A DNA stretch of 64,000 nucleotides from positions 14,694,001 through 14,758,000 of the forward strand of contig JBHGNT010000011.1 of the NCBI GenBank assembly GCA_043228905.1, given 5' to 3'. Each line of letters begins with the position of its first letter. The first letter of the stretch is position 1. Of this stretch, positions 10,501 to 23,479 are shown piece by piece. Below the pieces are notes generated by a model that saw nothing but the letters and a program-made list of their open reading frames with translations, did not search any database and was not told the origin of the DNA. This DNA is from Azolla caroliniana (taxonomy: Eukaryota; Plantae; Polypodiophyta). The position numbers and the translations under genes are program-made.

Positions 10501-11628
10501 ATGGATTCCGTCAGCAAGCAAGAGTATATGCGTGTCCTTTCTGAGCTCGACATGCTCACGGCTAAGTTTGTGGCATTAGAGCAAGAAAATCATAGACTAC
10601 TCGGGGATTTACAACAAGTGAGTACCGAGAAAGCTCATCAATATGAGGAGTTATCACAACTGGTTCATCAACTCGAGGCTACTATATTAACATTACGAGA
10701 ACAAGCGGCGGGGGTTCAAAACTCCCCAAGGGAACCAAAGATTAGCCTCCCTGCCAAGTTTGATGATACCCGATCTTTGTTTCGAGGTTTCCTGAATCAA
10801 GTCCGTTTGGTGATTCAATTACATCCCAATCAGTACCCAACTGATGCTGCTCGTGTGGGATTAATAGGAACCTTGCTAAGCGGTACCGCATTAGCATGGT
10901 TTGCACCACTTCTAGAGAAGAAATCACCATTGTTGGAGGATTTCGAGGCATTCGTTAAAGAGTTTCAAGCTAGTTTTGGAGACACCGATAGCACTAGAAC
11001 GGCAATAAACAAGATTCGAAGACTCCGACAAGGAGATCTTCCTGCTTCAGCCTACGCAGCAGATTTCCGTCTCTTGGCATGTGACATCCCTTAGGAAGAG
11101 GTAGCCTTAATGGATCAATTTCGTCAGGGTTTGCGTAACGATGTGAAAGATCTTCTTCTTACTTTCCACGAAGATCTAAAGTCTCTTACAGAGGCCATTA
11201 ATTGAGCTGTGCGATGTGATAATCGCCTATTTGAGCGACATTCTGAACGTCTGCAAATACTACGCCGTCAACCGGAACAGACGTATGCTTCAATAGTCGC
11301 AACACCGCCACAAGTTCCCAGACCCGTTACGAGGGATGGTCCCACTCCGATGGAAATAGAGTCAACACAATGTCGAGGGCCTTTATCAGATGCTGAGAAA
11401 CAACGACGTCGGGCGCATCGCCTATGCCTCTATTGTGGTGGTCCAAGACATATTGCTGTGAATTGTCCACATAAACCCCGACGACAAGTTTACCAAGTAA
11501 GTGCACATGACAACCCTACCATGAGTTCTACTATCATTTCTAATAACTTAACTACTAAGCCTAATAACCCATGCCATGAGAATAGATTTGATGTCTTGAG
11601 CCAATTAGAGGATGTGTTAAACGAATAA
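10501..11628 (+). pseudogene. Tcn1-like gag (coiled coil, capsid, CCHC knuckle) with stops
   Basis: PKISLPAKFD..FRGFLNQV..LSGTALAWF, GPTPMEI, CLYCGGPRHIAVNC; stops near 11092 and 11203. Confidence 0.9.
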
Positions 11629-11667
11629 GTCCGGCCAAAATAGGAGCCATTTGGTTGGACCATCCTA
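11616..11667 (+). promoter_or_regulatory. -1 ribosomal frameshift signal: slippery GTTAAAC plus H-type pseudoknot
   Basis: G TTA AAC, 6-nt spacer, stem 11629-11639/11650-11660, loop TAGGA pairing with TCCTA 11663-11667; conserved at 56220-56271. Confidence 0.8.
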
Positions 11668-13270
11668 GATATGTAGAGTCTGTACCTAGTTGTTCCATTT
11701 CATCAAATCAAGTTAGTAGAGTTTTTTTTTGCACAAGTCGAGCTTAGCACATCTACAGGTCATCGAGTCCTAGCCTCTGCCCTCCTAGATTCTGGAGCCA
11801 ATTCTTGTTTCATGGATCGCAAGTTTGCATTGACCCAAAACATCATCTTGAACAAGCTCCCGAACCCAGTAGTTGTAGGAGTCATTGATGGTCACCCTAT
11901 AGCATCAAGTGATATAGTCGAAGAGTCTGAATCAATTCGTGTAGTCCTAGGTAATTTGGCTAGTATCATCTCATTCAACATCATTAGTAGTCCAGAGCAC
12001 TCTCTAGTTCTTGGTCTTCCTTGGTTTGAGTTACATAACCCAACTATTGATTGGAGAAAAAGAACTATTGAAGAGGTCATAGTACAGTCCGAGTCTCTTG
12101 AAACTCCAACAAAGGATCTAGGATCCCACATGATTTCAACAATCTCTATACATCAGTTACGAGAGGATGGAAGGAAGGAAGACATGATGGTGTTTGCGGT
12201 TTTAGCAACTCCCTCATCTAGCTCACAAGAATTGGGGGTCCAATTACCAAAGAAGTACATAGAATTCTCCGATGTGTTCGATAAGGTGAAGGCTAATAGA
12301 TTACCAGAGCATCGACCCTATGATTGCCCAATTGATTTGCAGCCAGGAAAAGAGCCTCCATGGGGGCCAATTTATAACCTTTCACCCACAGAGTTAGAGG
12401 TTCTTTGAGAATATATAGATGAGAACCTGGCAAATGGTTTTATCCAACATTCAAGATCTCCTGCTGGTGCACCCATCTTTTTCGTTAAGAAGAAAGATTG
12501 TACGCTTCGTATGGTCGTGGATTATCGTGGCTTTAATAAAGTAACTATTAGAAATCGATATGCTCTACCATTGATCTCAAGCCTTCTAGAACACCTTAGT
12601 GGAGCAAAGTATTTCACGAAGTTAGATCTTCGAGGTGCCTACAACCTTGTTCAAATTCGTCCTGGGGATGAATGGAAGACCACATTCCGCACTCGCTATG
12701 GTCATTTTGAATATACAGTGATGCCATTTGGTCTCACGAATGCACCAACAGTTTTCCAACATATGGCGAATGACATTTTTCGAGACTTCCTCGATATCTT
12801 CATCATAGTTTACTTGGATGATATCTTGATCTACTCAAAAACTCAAGAGGAGCATGAGCTACATGTTTGCCAAGTTTTGCAATGGTTACGAGAGTATGGT
12901 CTCTATGCAAAATTGGAGAAGTATAGTTTCGACCAGTGTCAAGTGGAATTTTTGGGGTACATAGTCTCTTCAAATGGCATCTCTATGGATCCATCAAAGG
13001 TTCAAACAATTTTGGATTGGCAAACACCACAGTCTGTGCGAGATGTACAATGTTTTTTGGGGTTCGCAAACTTTTATCACAAGTTCATCAAAGATTATTC
13101 AAAGATTGTATTGCCCCTCACTTAACTAACGCACAAGAATCAACCATTTGTATGGGGTATAGATGCGAACTCAGCATTTGAGGGTTTAAAGCAAGCGTTT
13201 ACATCTGCACCAATTTTAATGCATGTTGATCCAATGAGGCGCTTTATACTTGAAGCTGATGCATCTGATT
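11629..13270 (+). pseudogene. Tcn1-like pol remnant (PR-RT-RNase H start)
   Basis: [43 protein letters not shown]; several stops. Confidence 0.9.
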
Positions 13271-13548
13271 GCTTCAACATTTTGATTTGACAGAGTTCAC
13301 TCATCCAACGGCAACATTCTACACTCAGTTGTCGCCATTGGTCGGCCTTGGATCGCCTCCTCAACTGTTCGATCCAACGGAGTGAACTCCTCTATTGTTC
13401 GGTCTTGGATTGCAATAACTTTTCTGTCTATTGATTATCGTGTATTGTTGTGTCTAATCTTGTGTATTGTGGAATATTTTTGTGTATTGTTATTGCCCAT
13501 AGCCATCTTAAATACTTGTTTTTTTTTCTAGAAATTTAGGGTTTTAAT

Positions 13549-14268
13549 ATGTCCAGGCAAATGGAAGGGGAAGAAGAGTGTTTAGAATTACCCCTCAATG
13601 ATCATTAGGGATGATGCTATCAGGACACAACAAGCCATACGAAACTATTGGGCAAAAAAAAAAGGAAACATCGTCAATTGTTGAAGGATACGAAAGCCAC
13701 ACTCAGTAAAGGTAAGGATAGTTTAGTTGAGAATGTAAGTAATGTGATTACCATCAGAGAGAGAAACGTTGTAGACTATTTCAATGTTCAAACCAAGCAC
13801 ATCAACAATAAAGAAAAGAAGGTAGTACTTTATGGAATATGTAATGATCCATCGATAAAGGACTTAGTGGATTGTGATGGTCTTAATGCAAACATATCAT
13901 CTATTTTAGTAAATAATCTTCGTAATAGTTTCGTATCCATGAGCAGGTCAGAAGATGATCTTGTCTTAAAAAGTTCTAGTCTAATGATGATACTTAATAG
14001 TGATGTTGACGATATAATTGGTGTTAGTAGAAAAACAGTGTACAATACAATGAACCATATAATTTCCTCGGGTGAAGGAACTAGTCTACTAAAGCTAACT
14101 ACAAGATGTAAGCCAATGACACCCATAACATTTGAAATCAAGGATGTAATCACAATGTTTTGGACTAATGAGAGTAGGGTTTCACCCAATAAAAAGGATT
14201 TATGCAGGAAACGTGTTGGAAGAAATCAATACGAGGAGCATCCCATTCATCTTCTTGATGTACCTCAG
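13549..14268 (+). pseudogene. Transposase exon 1
   Basis: Frame from ATG 13549 (early stops) through FWTNESRVSPNKKD...DVPQ; donor CAG|GTATTT at 14268/14269, phase 0 with the exon at 23480. Confidence 0.7.
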
Positions 14269-14329
14269 GTATTTACATTTATCTCAACATTTGTTTTGAC
14301 TCTACACGGAAAGTTAATTAGCTCAATTA

Positions 14330-15200
14330 GCAGAAAAGCTATTTAGCTTATCAGTTACATTTACCTCAGTTAGCTACTAGGATAGCTACTACATAGGTAA
14401 CTGGCTACTCTCAATAGCTACTACCATGATAGCTCATTAGCTATTCTCAATAGCTAATTTAGTTACTACCAGATAATTAGCTACCAAAATAGCTAACTAG
14501 CTACCATGATAACTAATTAGCTATTCTCAATAGCTAATTTAGTTATTACCAGATAATTAGCTACCAGAATAGCTAATTAGCTTTTAGGATAGCTAATTAG
14601 CTATTAGAATAGGGTTTTAGCTACCATGATAGCTAAATAGCTACTAGAATAGCTATTTAGAATAGGTAATTAGCTAATTAGTTATTAGAATAGGTAATTA
14701 GCTAATTAGCTATTAGAATAGGTAATTAGCTAATTAGCTATTAGAATAGGTAATTAGCTACCATGATAGCTAATTAGCTACTATGATAGTTAACTACTCT
14801 AGTTATTACCAACTAATTAGCTACTAGGAAAGGTAATTAGCTACCATGATAGCTAATTAGGTACTAGGACAACTACTATGATACCATGATAGCTAATTAG
14901 CTACTAGAACAACTAATTTCGTTATTACCAGCTAATTAGCTACTAGGAAATCTAATTAGCTACCATGATAGCTAATTAGTTACTAGGATAGCTAATTAGC
15001 TACTAGACCAGCTAATTAGTTACTAGGATAGCTAATTAGCTACTAGACCAGCTAATTAGTTACTAGGATAGCTAATTAGCTACCATGATAGCTAATTAGC
15101 TACTAGGACATCTAATTAGCTACCATGATAGCTAATTAGCTACTAGACCAGCTAATAAGCTACTAGAACAGCTAAATAGCTACTAGGGTAGTTAGCTAGT
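14330..15200. repeat. Degenerate minisatellite of palindromic TAGCTAATTAGCTA (units about 20 bp) filling the transposase intron
   Basis: Dozens of AGCTAATTAGCTAC(T/C)A units visible directly. Confidence 0.95.
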
Positions 15201-15231
15201 TACGAGAATAACTAATTCCCCTTTATTACGT

Positions 15232-18200
15232 TGTCGGGTTACTACGCACGTGCGTGGAGAAACGAGGCGGGACCACCGGGGTCTTGAACCGAAGAGCAGG
15301 TGATAGAAGGGGAAAGAGAAAGAGAGAGACGCCCGGTTACGTAAGAGCAAAGAAACACAGGGACACGGCCCTTCAACGCAGAAGACACGAATGGACATAG
15401 AGACAGAGAGACACGAATGTTTGTATATTAACGAATAACAAATAAACAACAGAGCAGGTGATAGAAGGGGAAAGAGAAAGAGAGAGACGCCCGGTTACGT
15501 AAGAGCAAAGAAACACAGGGACACGGCCCTTCAACGCAGAAGACACGAATGGACATAGAGACAGAGAGACACGAATGTTTGTATATTAACGAATAACAAA
15601 TAAACAACAGAGCATGCGAGCGGTTACAACCGAACAGGCCGGCGAACAGATGCCGATGTCTGCTCGTCTGCGCACGAAAGGGGAAAGGATGGAGGTGCTG
15701 CCGGAAGCACACGGGCGTTCCTCGAAGCAGCGCGAGCCTCCCGAAAACCTGCAGAGAAGAGCGACGGAGAACAAACAGAGGAGAAGCGTTCGGTTTCGGT
15801 CCGACAGCACTTCGTCCTCCTCAAAGCGCGATCCCTTTCTCCCCACGTCTCCCTCTCTTTTATAGCTTCAAGAAGGGAGTCGTTTGCCTCCTTAACTTCC
15901 TACCTACCGAATCTAACTACCTAAGATATACCTTTGTACCTAATCCTCTGTTATATACAATAAAGGGCGTGCACGTGTGAAGAGCCGGCTCATGCGCTCT
16001 ATGCACCGATTGCGCTAAGGGACAGTTTTCTTCACAACATCCGCCCCCACCTAACTGCGCATCCACTGGTATGCGCCAAAATTGGGTTCTGGTTGGAGAA
16101 AACCGGTCCGGGTTCCGGTTCCTCGTCCATCGGTTCGTCCTCCATTTCGGACTGTTCGCTGTCCAGGCCTCTTAGATCCGGTTCGCCGTCGTGGCGCTTC
16201 TTGAACGCTTTGATCCGCTTCCCTGCTACCGGTATCGCCATCCTCGCACCGTCGAGTTCCGCCAGGTGATAAGTCCCGTTGTCATTGGCGCTCGTTACCA
16301 CGTAAGGCCCAAACCACCGCTTTGCAAACTTTCGTGTTGCCCGGTGCTGGTTGTCGAGGCTACTGTCGTAGACTAGCACCCAGTCGCCTTCCTCGATTTT
16401 CTTTGGTCAGAGCTGGTGCGTTCGATCGAACCGGGCTTTGTTCCTCAACCCCGCCGTCCAAAGTCTCCAGGCCTCTTAGATCCGGTTCGCCGTCGTGGCG
16501 CTTCTTGAATGCTTTGATCCGCTTCCCTGCTACCGGTATCGCCATCCTCGCACCGTCGAGTTCCGCCAGGTGATAAGTCCTGTTGTCGTTGGCGCTCGTT
16601 ACCACGTAAGGCCCAAACCACCGCTTTGCAAACTTTCGTGTTGCCCGGTGCTGGTTGTCGAGGCTGCTGTCGTAGACTACCACCCAGTCGCCTTCCTCGA
16701 TTTTCTTTGGTCAGAGCCGGTGCGTTTGGTCGAACCGGGCTTTGTTCCTCAACCCCGCCATCCAAAGTCTCTCCGCCGCTCGTTCCACGTCCTCTGGCCG
16801 CTCGTTCCACGTTCTCTGGCCTCCGCTCGAGCTGCCGTATACGCGCCGCTAGCAGTTCTTCCCGACTCATCTCGTCTCTCCAGTCCACTGTCGCCCAAGA
16901 GGAGATCGTCCGTTCCATCGGCATGATCGGCTTCTGTCCGAACATGAGCTCTGACGGCATGAACCCGGTAATAGTCATGGCCAGTTCCCGACCTAGCCTC
17001 TGCATGCCCGGATTAGCGCTTTGACGATCGGTCCGTGTCCGCGCTCCACCTTCCCGTTCGCCTCCGGATTGTACGTTGTGGTGAGCGAGAGCTTGACCCC
17101 TAACCGGTCGAACAACTCCTCGGCCTCTTCGGCGTCCAACTCCCCGCGGTCAGCCACGATCTTCCCGACGCACCCGTACCGGCATATCACGTCCTCGATC
17201 AGGAACCGACACACGGCCGCGGTCGTTTTGTTCTACAGGGCTTGGCCTTCCACCTGGTTCGTCAGGTCCTCCCGAGCCAGCACCAGATATCGCATCTGCC
17301 CTACGCCCATCGGCATCATCACCAAATCTACCATCCATTTGAAGTGGATGGCCGGAGGGTATGTAGGGTGAAGCTCGTCCCGATGTCGGACTATGGAGTG
17401 TATCTGACAGCTCTCACAAGTTGTCACGAACCGATGCACGTCCCGGTACAGTCCCGGCCACCAGTACTTGCCCTTTAGTTTCTGGAACGTGGCCCACGTC
17501 CCACGGTGTCCAGCCCAGGGGCTGTCATGGTAGGCCTTCAGCAACTCCTCCTGTTCCTCCTCCATCGCCACTACTCGGAGCGGGATGTTGTTTCTCTTCT
17601 TCAGGTGCTTCCACAAGTATCCGTCTCGGAGAAAGAATCGGTACGCTTTCTTCCGGATCCGGTTGGCCTCGTCCTTTGTCCATGACGCGTCCGGCGTCAT
17701 CGTCCTTAAGAATCCCCCAATCTGCAGCCACTCCCCGTCGTACTTGCTCTCGTTGAAATCGTTAAGCGCCAGAGTGCTCCCCCTCCCGATTGTTACGTAA
17801 GCCGCCTCGAAGAAGTCCACGCCGACTTCCTCGTCCTCCGAAACCATGCCGCCGTTGTCGTCAAATCGCGCCCTCGAAAGCATGTCAGCGATGGCATTGT
17901 CTTTCCCGGAAATGTGTCGTATTTCCGGATCCAAGGACTTGATGTACGCTATCCACCTGAGCATTGCCAGGTCCGGGGTCGCGCATCCGGAAACCATGCC
18001 GAGAATCGGCAGGCAGTCCGTCTCGATAATCACCTCTGTCCCGATCAGATAGTCTTTATCGGCCTTCACAGCCGAAACGATACCCCAGAGTTCGCGTTTT
18101 ACCTAGGCGTATCCTCGCTGTCGCTCACTGAGGACCTTCGCGCCGAACCGGATTGGGAACCGAATGTCGTCCTCATCTTCTTGGTTGACAACCCATCCGA

Positions 18201-21200
18201 TCCCGGTCGGACTTGTATCTACCATTATGTAGATGGGAGTGCCTTTCTCGTAGACAGCCTTCCGGAGTGTCGGAGTTGCAGCAAGAGCCTCCTTCATCTT
18301 TCCGACCGACTCCGTATGCTCGTCTCGCCACTCGAATTTTTGCCCCTTTTTCAGCAACCCGTATAATGGCTCCGCGACGTGAGTGTAATGCGGGATCCAT
18401 ATGTGCTAGAACGCGCACGCTCCCAAGAACCTCCGTGACCGAGCTGCAGTCGTTCTTCATTGCGGAGATGGCTTCCACCTTAGCCGAAGACGGTTTCCGG
18501 CCATACGGTGTCGCGTTATTACGCGCGTGCGTGGAAAAAGGCGGGACCACGGGGGTCTCGGACCAGGGAGTGACGGAGCGTAGGAAGTCGTGCTTCACTG
18601 TTTCTGGGGCATCCCAGAAACACACCGGAAGCAACCGAAGGGAGAGAGAGAGAGAGAGAGAGAGATTAACACTGACTCACGCACACACGCACGCACACTC
18701 GCACACACAGCCCGACCCGACTCACGCCCTTATGTACAGGAAACGCAGGAAAGGGGGAAGCACCCGACACCAACATAGACGCGAATATACATAGACAGAC
18801 CCAAACATATATATATATATGTATAGACAGAAGAATACAATTCCGGCTTCGAGCCGGACCAAGATAGTTTACAACAGTCGTCTGCTGTCAAGCCGCCGTC
18901 GGGGAGCTCTCGGGCTCGTCGCGCCGAGCAAGGTCTTGCACAGGAGATAAGTTGCAGCCAACCCTAAACGAACATGAAGGGGAAGAAGAAGAAGCAGAAG
19001 AAACCTAAACCTAAACCTACCGGTATACCCTCTAATCCAAAATGGGCAACCCTTTTACAAAGGACGTTCCCTTCCTTTTATAGAACAAGGAAAGGGAGGC
19101 GTTACAATGTGGCACAAATCCCAACTTTCATGGGATCGTCTGTCCCGACTTGACTACTCTTCGGCGCCATAAAGGCGCCCTCGTTATTCACATCAAATGT
19201 ACATGGGTGCGTAACACGTTGCACCCCGCCGATGTAGCCAATGTTTCCCGGTTTTCGCCTATGGCCGAAATTCTTCAAGACAACGGTCCGCATAGATGTC
19301 CGACGACCGTGATCTCTGATTTCCCGAAGGCCGATTTCTCCCCAGAGAAGGTAAGCCTCGCGTCCTCTAGCCTCTTCAGCACCCTCTCGCAGTCGTCAAT
19401 GTGTGTCGCCACGAATTTCCGGCATCCGTTCGGTCCAATCGTTTTGTCCTTTTCCTCCACCGGACATCCCTTGATTGGGATGTCGTCCAAGAATGGCATG
19501 GTGATGTCCGGGATACAATCCCTCAGCACCTTGTTCATCACATTCACCATGTGGGCCACCGAGTTCGTCCCTCCTTGTGGCAGGGTACACATCCGTACTA
19601 GGCCGAGAGGAGTCCGCATCGTCGTAATGTCTCTGCTCTCCACGGCTAGTTGGAACTGATCGTACCCCGAGTACAGATCACCAATCGAGTAGATCGACCT
19701 TCCGGTGAAGGCCTCTGCGAACTCTTCTATCGTTGGTCTGATTCCTGCGTTCTGAATGGTCACTCTATTGACCGATTGCAGGTCTTGAATGAAGCGCAAC
19801 GTCCCGTTCTTCTTCGGTACGGTAAACCACCGGTTCGAGTACGGGGCACTCGACGGTTCAAGGATGCCCATATCGACTTTCTGCCTCAACAGCTCCATCA
19901 GCTCCGGGATGTGAGCTCTCGGTACCAGAATTGGTTTGAGATTCCACGGCACATGCAGTACCGTGAATATCACCATCGGCTTCACGATTGTCGGGTCTAC
20001 GCACCCGATCTCTTCCGGTGAGAATGCGAAGGCTTTCCCGTGGCTTCCGAGCATTCTCCTAAACTGGTCTTCTTCCGCCTGCAGTAGGAACCCGCCCCCA
20101 CCGATTTTGAGCTCCTGTAGCGTTCTGTCGGTGAAGGTGTGTCCTATGCAGGCCGGATCTCGTAAACTGGGGTCCGACGCGACCCCCTTGATTCGCAACT
20201 CGCTGCCCTCCGGTAAGGGTGCCACGACTGGCCTTACCTTCCGGTCCACAGTCTTGTGCTTCGTGTTAACCCGGGCCGTCCGATCCTACTCGAGCCCCCG
20301 ACTAAAGTCCGCGATGACTTTGTACATCTCTTCTAAACAAACCGGTATCGTCTGATCCTCTTTAAGGCCCTCTCTGACCACCTCTCGCAGTATTCCCAAG
20401 GTATCGTCGAAGGAGACCGCCTCCATGACTCCATTGATTTCCTCGCTGGGCCCGAGAACTCCGCACACCCGAAGTCGCTCTTCCGCCCTTGTCTTTTCTC
20501 GGCCAACGACGCCGACTATCGTACACCCTCCGTTGTTGGAGAAACAAAACTTCCTACTTATGCTACCAGGTTTCTTCGGTTTCACCTCTATCGTACATTT
20601 GTGGGGTTTTCCCGGGGTGTCCGGACTATCGCGCCCCACGCCTTGACAGCCCTCTCTAAAAGTCCTCTCGGTTCTTGCCACCGAGGGACTCGCGGTTTCG
20701 CTCGTGGTTCGGTCGCACCGTCAGGAACTAGACCGAATGACGCCCGTCCTGACTCTTGACCCTCGCGTAAGCCGACCCGTTGTCCAACACCTTGGTCTCC
20801 ATCCACGCTGCCGTAATGTACGGTTCTCCCAGTATGACCGGATGCGAGGACGTCTCCTGCACAAAGAAGTGTTGGTCTATCTCGACGTCGCCGATCTTGA
20901 CTCGCACATTTGGGCAGGCCCCGTGTAGTTCCTTGGTGGCACGCGTCGCCGCCCGTATCTTCCACCCGTGCTTGGTGTTGATCGGCCATTTCCCCTTCTT
21001 GTAGAAGTCCATGGACATCAGGTTTATTTCCGAACCGTGGTCCACAACGCCACCACCGGTTCCTGAACGTCTCCGATCTTCACCGGGGTTTCTGTTGTCG
21101 CTCGGGCCCAGTGTGGCCTCGAATAGTGGCTCTCCGCCCACTCGTCTTCCAGCGCCATGTCCTCTATGTGCGTCATCCGCACCTCCACCGGCCTTTCCGG

Positions 21201-23473
21201 TTCTGCCTCCGTAGACAACCTCTTCCTCTTCACCAAGTCTACGATGGAGCCGTGGAACTCCTTCTTGGCGATTCCGAGCACCTCCCGCAACGATAGTTCC
21301 ACCTTGCTGTCAAGGATTCGTTCTTCCAGGACCTTTCGTAGGTCCATGGTCCTTTCGATCTCCGTGCCCAACTGGTATCCGCCCTTCTTGTGGTTATCCC
21401 GAGCACTGGTCTCACCGGCCTCGTTCTTTTTCGGCCCGAATCGGGTTTCGTATCTCTGTAAGGGTCCGGCCCCTCCGGTTTTACCTACCCGTTTGTCTTC
21501 AACCAGAGCCTCGTAGTTCTGGCAAGCTGCTTCGATGAAACCCGTCTTTTCTTCGACCGGGTCACTCCACCCGGTTACCTCCTGGACCCGCCTCTCCGCG
21601 CGGTCCGCCTCGTCTTTCCTTAGTCGGGCACCGGCGAGGCCTTCCAACATCGTCGACTAGAACCCAGCTTTGCTCTCCTTCCGGGCCTCGCTGCCTCCGA
21701 CCCGAATACCGGCTAACGCCGAGTAGTGGACGGTCTCCGCGTGCCAGGCCACCGCCTCTTCCATCAGCCTTTTCATTCCTCCTCGCCCGTCGTTTCGGTT
21801 CACGGCCCTCCGGGTATCGCTGGCGTGCACCCGACCTTCCCACAGGTACACTACCCGGCTTCTCAAAGCCTCCGCAAAGTCCCCGCAGTCTTTCCGGATG
21901 TGGCCGACCTCGTCGCACCACATGCACCTATTTCCTGCCGAAGGCCGTCGGTCACGAGCCTGTTCGCCGCCTTCCCTCCGAGCCTTGGCGATCTAGAGAT
22001 CCTTTACCGCCCGTGTCAATTCCTCCAATGTTGTTCCCCCGGACGACCTCTGACCATGCCGGTCGAAGCCGAACTGGTTTCGAGCCACTCCCGGGTCTCT
22101 TCCCTTCGCGCCTGCGGTATCGGTTCGAGCTTCCTTGCTGCGACAGGACCCGCCCCGGTCGCCCCTGTATCAGGCCACTCCCACCGTTTGTCAAAACGGT
22201 AGCAAACTCTTTTTACCACGGCCCAGTCGGCCGTCAGCCCGTCTTCGGTTTCCAGTAAGGAGCCCACTTGCACCCAATCCCGTGCGTCAACCGATTTGAC
22301 AAACAATAGGACACGACTTGTGTCCAGAACAGTCCGATCGAGCGCCGAAAGGCGCGCAAAGTGTTCCTCAAACTCTCGGAGGAGTACCGACGCATTTCTT
22401 CCTTTGTTGGGGGACTCCACCCACTTCATGAAGCCCCGCTTCAAAAGTCGAAGCGCGTCATCCAGCCCGTATTTCTCCAAGAGTTGTCCTTCGAACTCCT
22501 CCCAGGTCCGGCTCTCCGCCAGGACCTCGAGCACCTCCGCATGGATGCCTAGCATCGCCACTCGAGGGAATCCGGCAAGACGCCTCTCTTCGGGAATATC
22601 CCTCATCAACATCTCCGCCCGGTAAGACGCCAAATAACTTGTGGCATCCTTTCCACTGAACCGGCCGATCGTACCGACGATCGCCTCAATAGCCCTGTCA
22701 AGGGCGTCGGTGCCCTCGCGCGCTCTCACTATCCGGTCCACGGCCGAAGCCATGGCCTCTGCAAGATCCGACCCCCTCATCTCTGCTCCTCTACCGCCTG
22801 TTTCACGTCGGGTTCACCAAATATGTCGCGTTACTACGCGCGTGCATGGAGAAACGAGGCGGGACCACCGGGGTCTTGAACCGAAGAGCTAGTGATAGAA
22901 GGGGAAAGAGAAAGAGAGAGACGCCCGGTTACGTAAGATAAAAGAAACACAGGGACACGGCCCTTCAACGCAGAAAACACGAATGGACACAGAGACAGAG
23001 AGACACGAATGTTTGTATATTAACGAATAACAAATAAACAACAGAGCATGCGAGCGGTTACAACTGAACAGGCTGGCGAACAGATGTCGATGCCTGCTCG
23101 TCTGCGCACGAAAGGGGAAAGGATGGAGGTGTTGCTAGAAGCACACAGGCGTTCCACGAAGCAGCGCGAGCCTCCCGAAAACCTGCAGAGAAGAGCAACG
23201 GAGAACGAACAGAGGAGAAGCGTTCGGTTTCGGTCCGACAGCACTTCGTCCTCCTCAAAGCGCGATCCCTTTCTCCCCGCGTCTCCCTCTCTTTTATAGG
23301 TTCAAGAAGGGAGCTGTTTCCCTCCTTAACTTCCTACCTACCGAATCTAACTACCTAAGATATACCTTTGTACCTAATCCTCTGTTATATACATTAAAGG
23401 GCGCGCACGCGTGAAGAGCCGGTTCATGCGCTCTATGCATCGATTGCGCTAAGGGATGGTTTTCTTCACGACA
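15232..23473 (-). mobile_element. Ty3/Gypsy family A copy 2 (both LTRs, degenerate gag-PR and RT-RH-INT), inserted at the transposase intron acceptor
   Basis: LTRs 15232-16039 (with a 158-bp tandem duplication) and 22824-23473; TSD ACGT/ACGC; tRNA-Trp PBS 22802-22819; protease VVDHGSEINLM near 21040; RT FLDD. Confidence 0.95.
18509..19282 (-). mobile_element. Solo LTR (family A-related) nested in the RT of copy 2
   Basis: TGTCGCG...AAGACA, exact TSD ACGG at 18505-18508 and 19283-19286; host reading frame GHLCGP|YGRKPS is rejoined on removal. Confidence 0.92.
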
Positions 23474-23479
23474 ACGCAG

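Larger units (their letters stand above)
9934..13270 (+). mobile_element. Tcn1-like chromovirus (Ty3/Gypsy) copy 1, 3'-truncated in RNase H
   Basis: LTR 9934-10417 (TGTC...GACA; TATAAATA 10205; TTCTAGA repeats). gag 10501-11628; PR LLDSGA; [16 protein letters not shown]; ends at LEADASD. Confidence 0.9.

Noticed and set aside
14330-15200. Repeat arrays as possible CRISPR arrays
   Set aside because: No unique spacers or cas genes, eukaryotic context; these are degenerate minisatellites.
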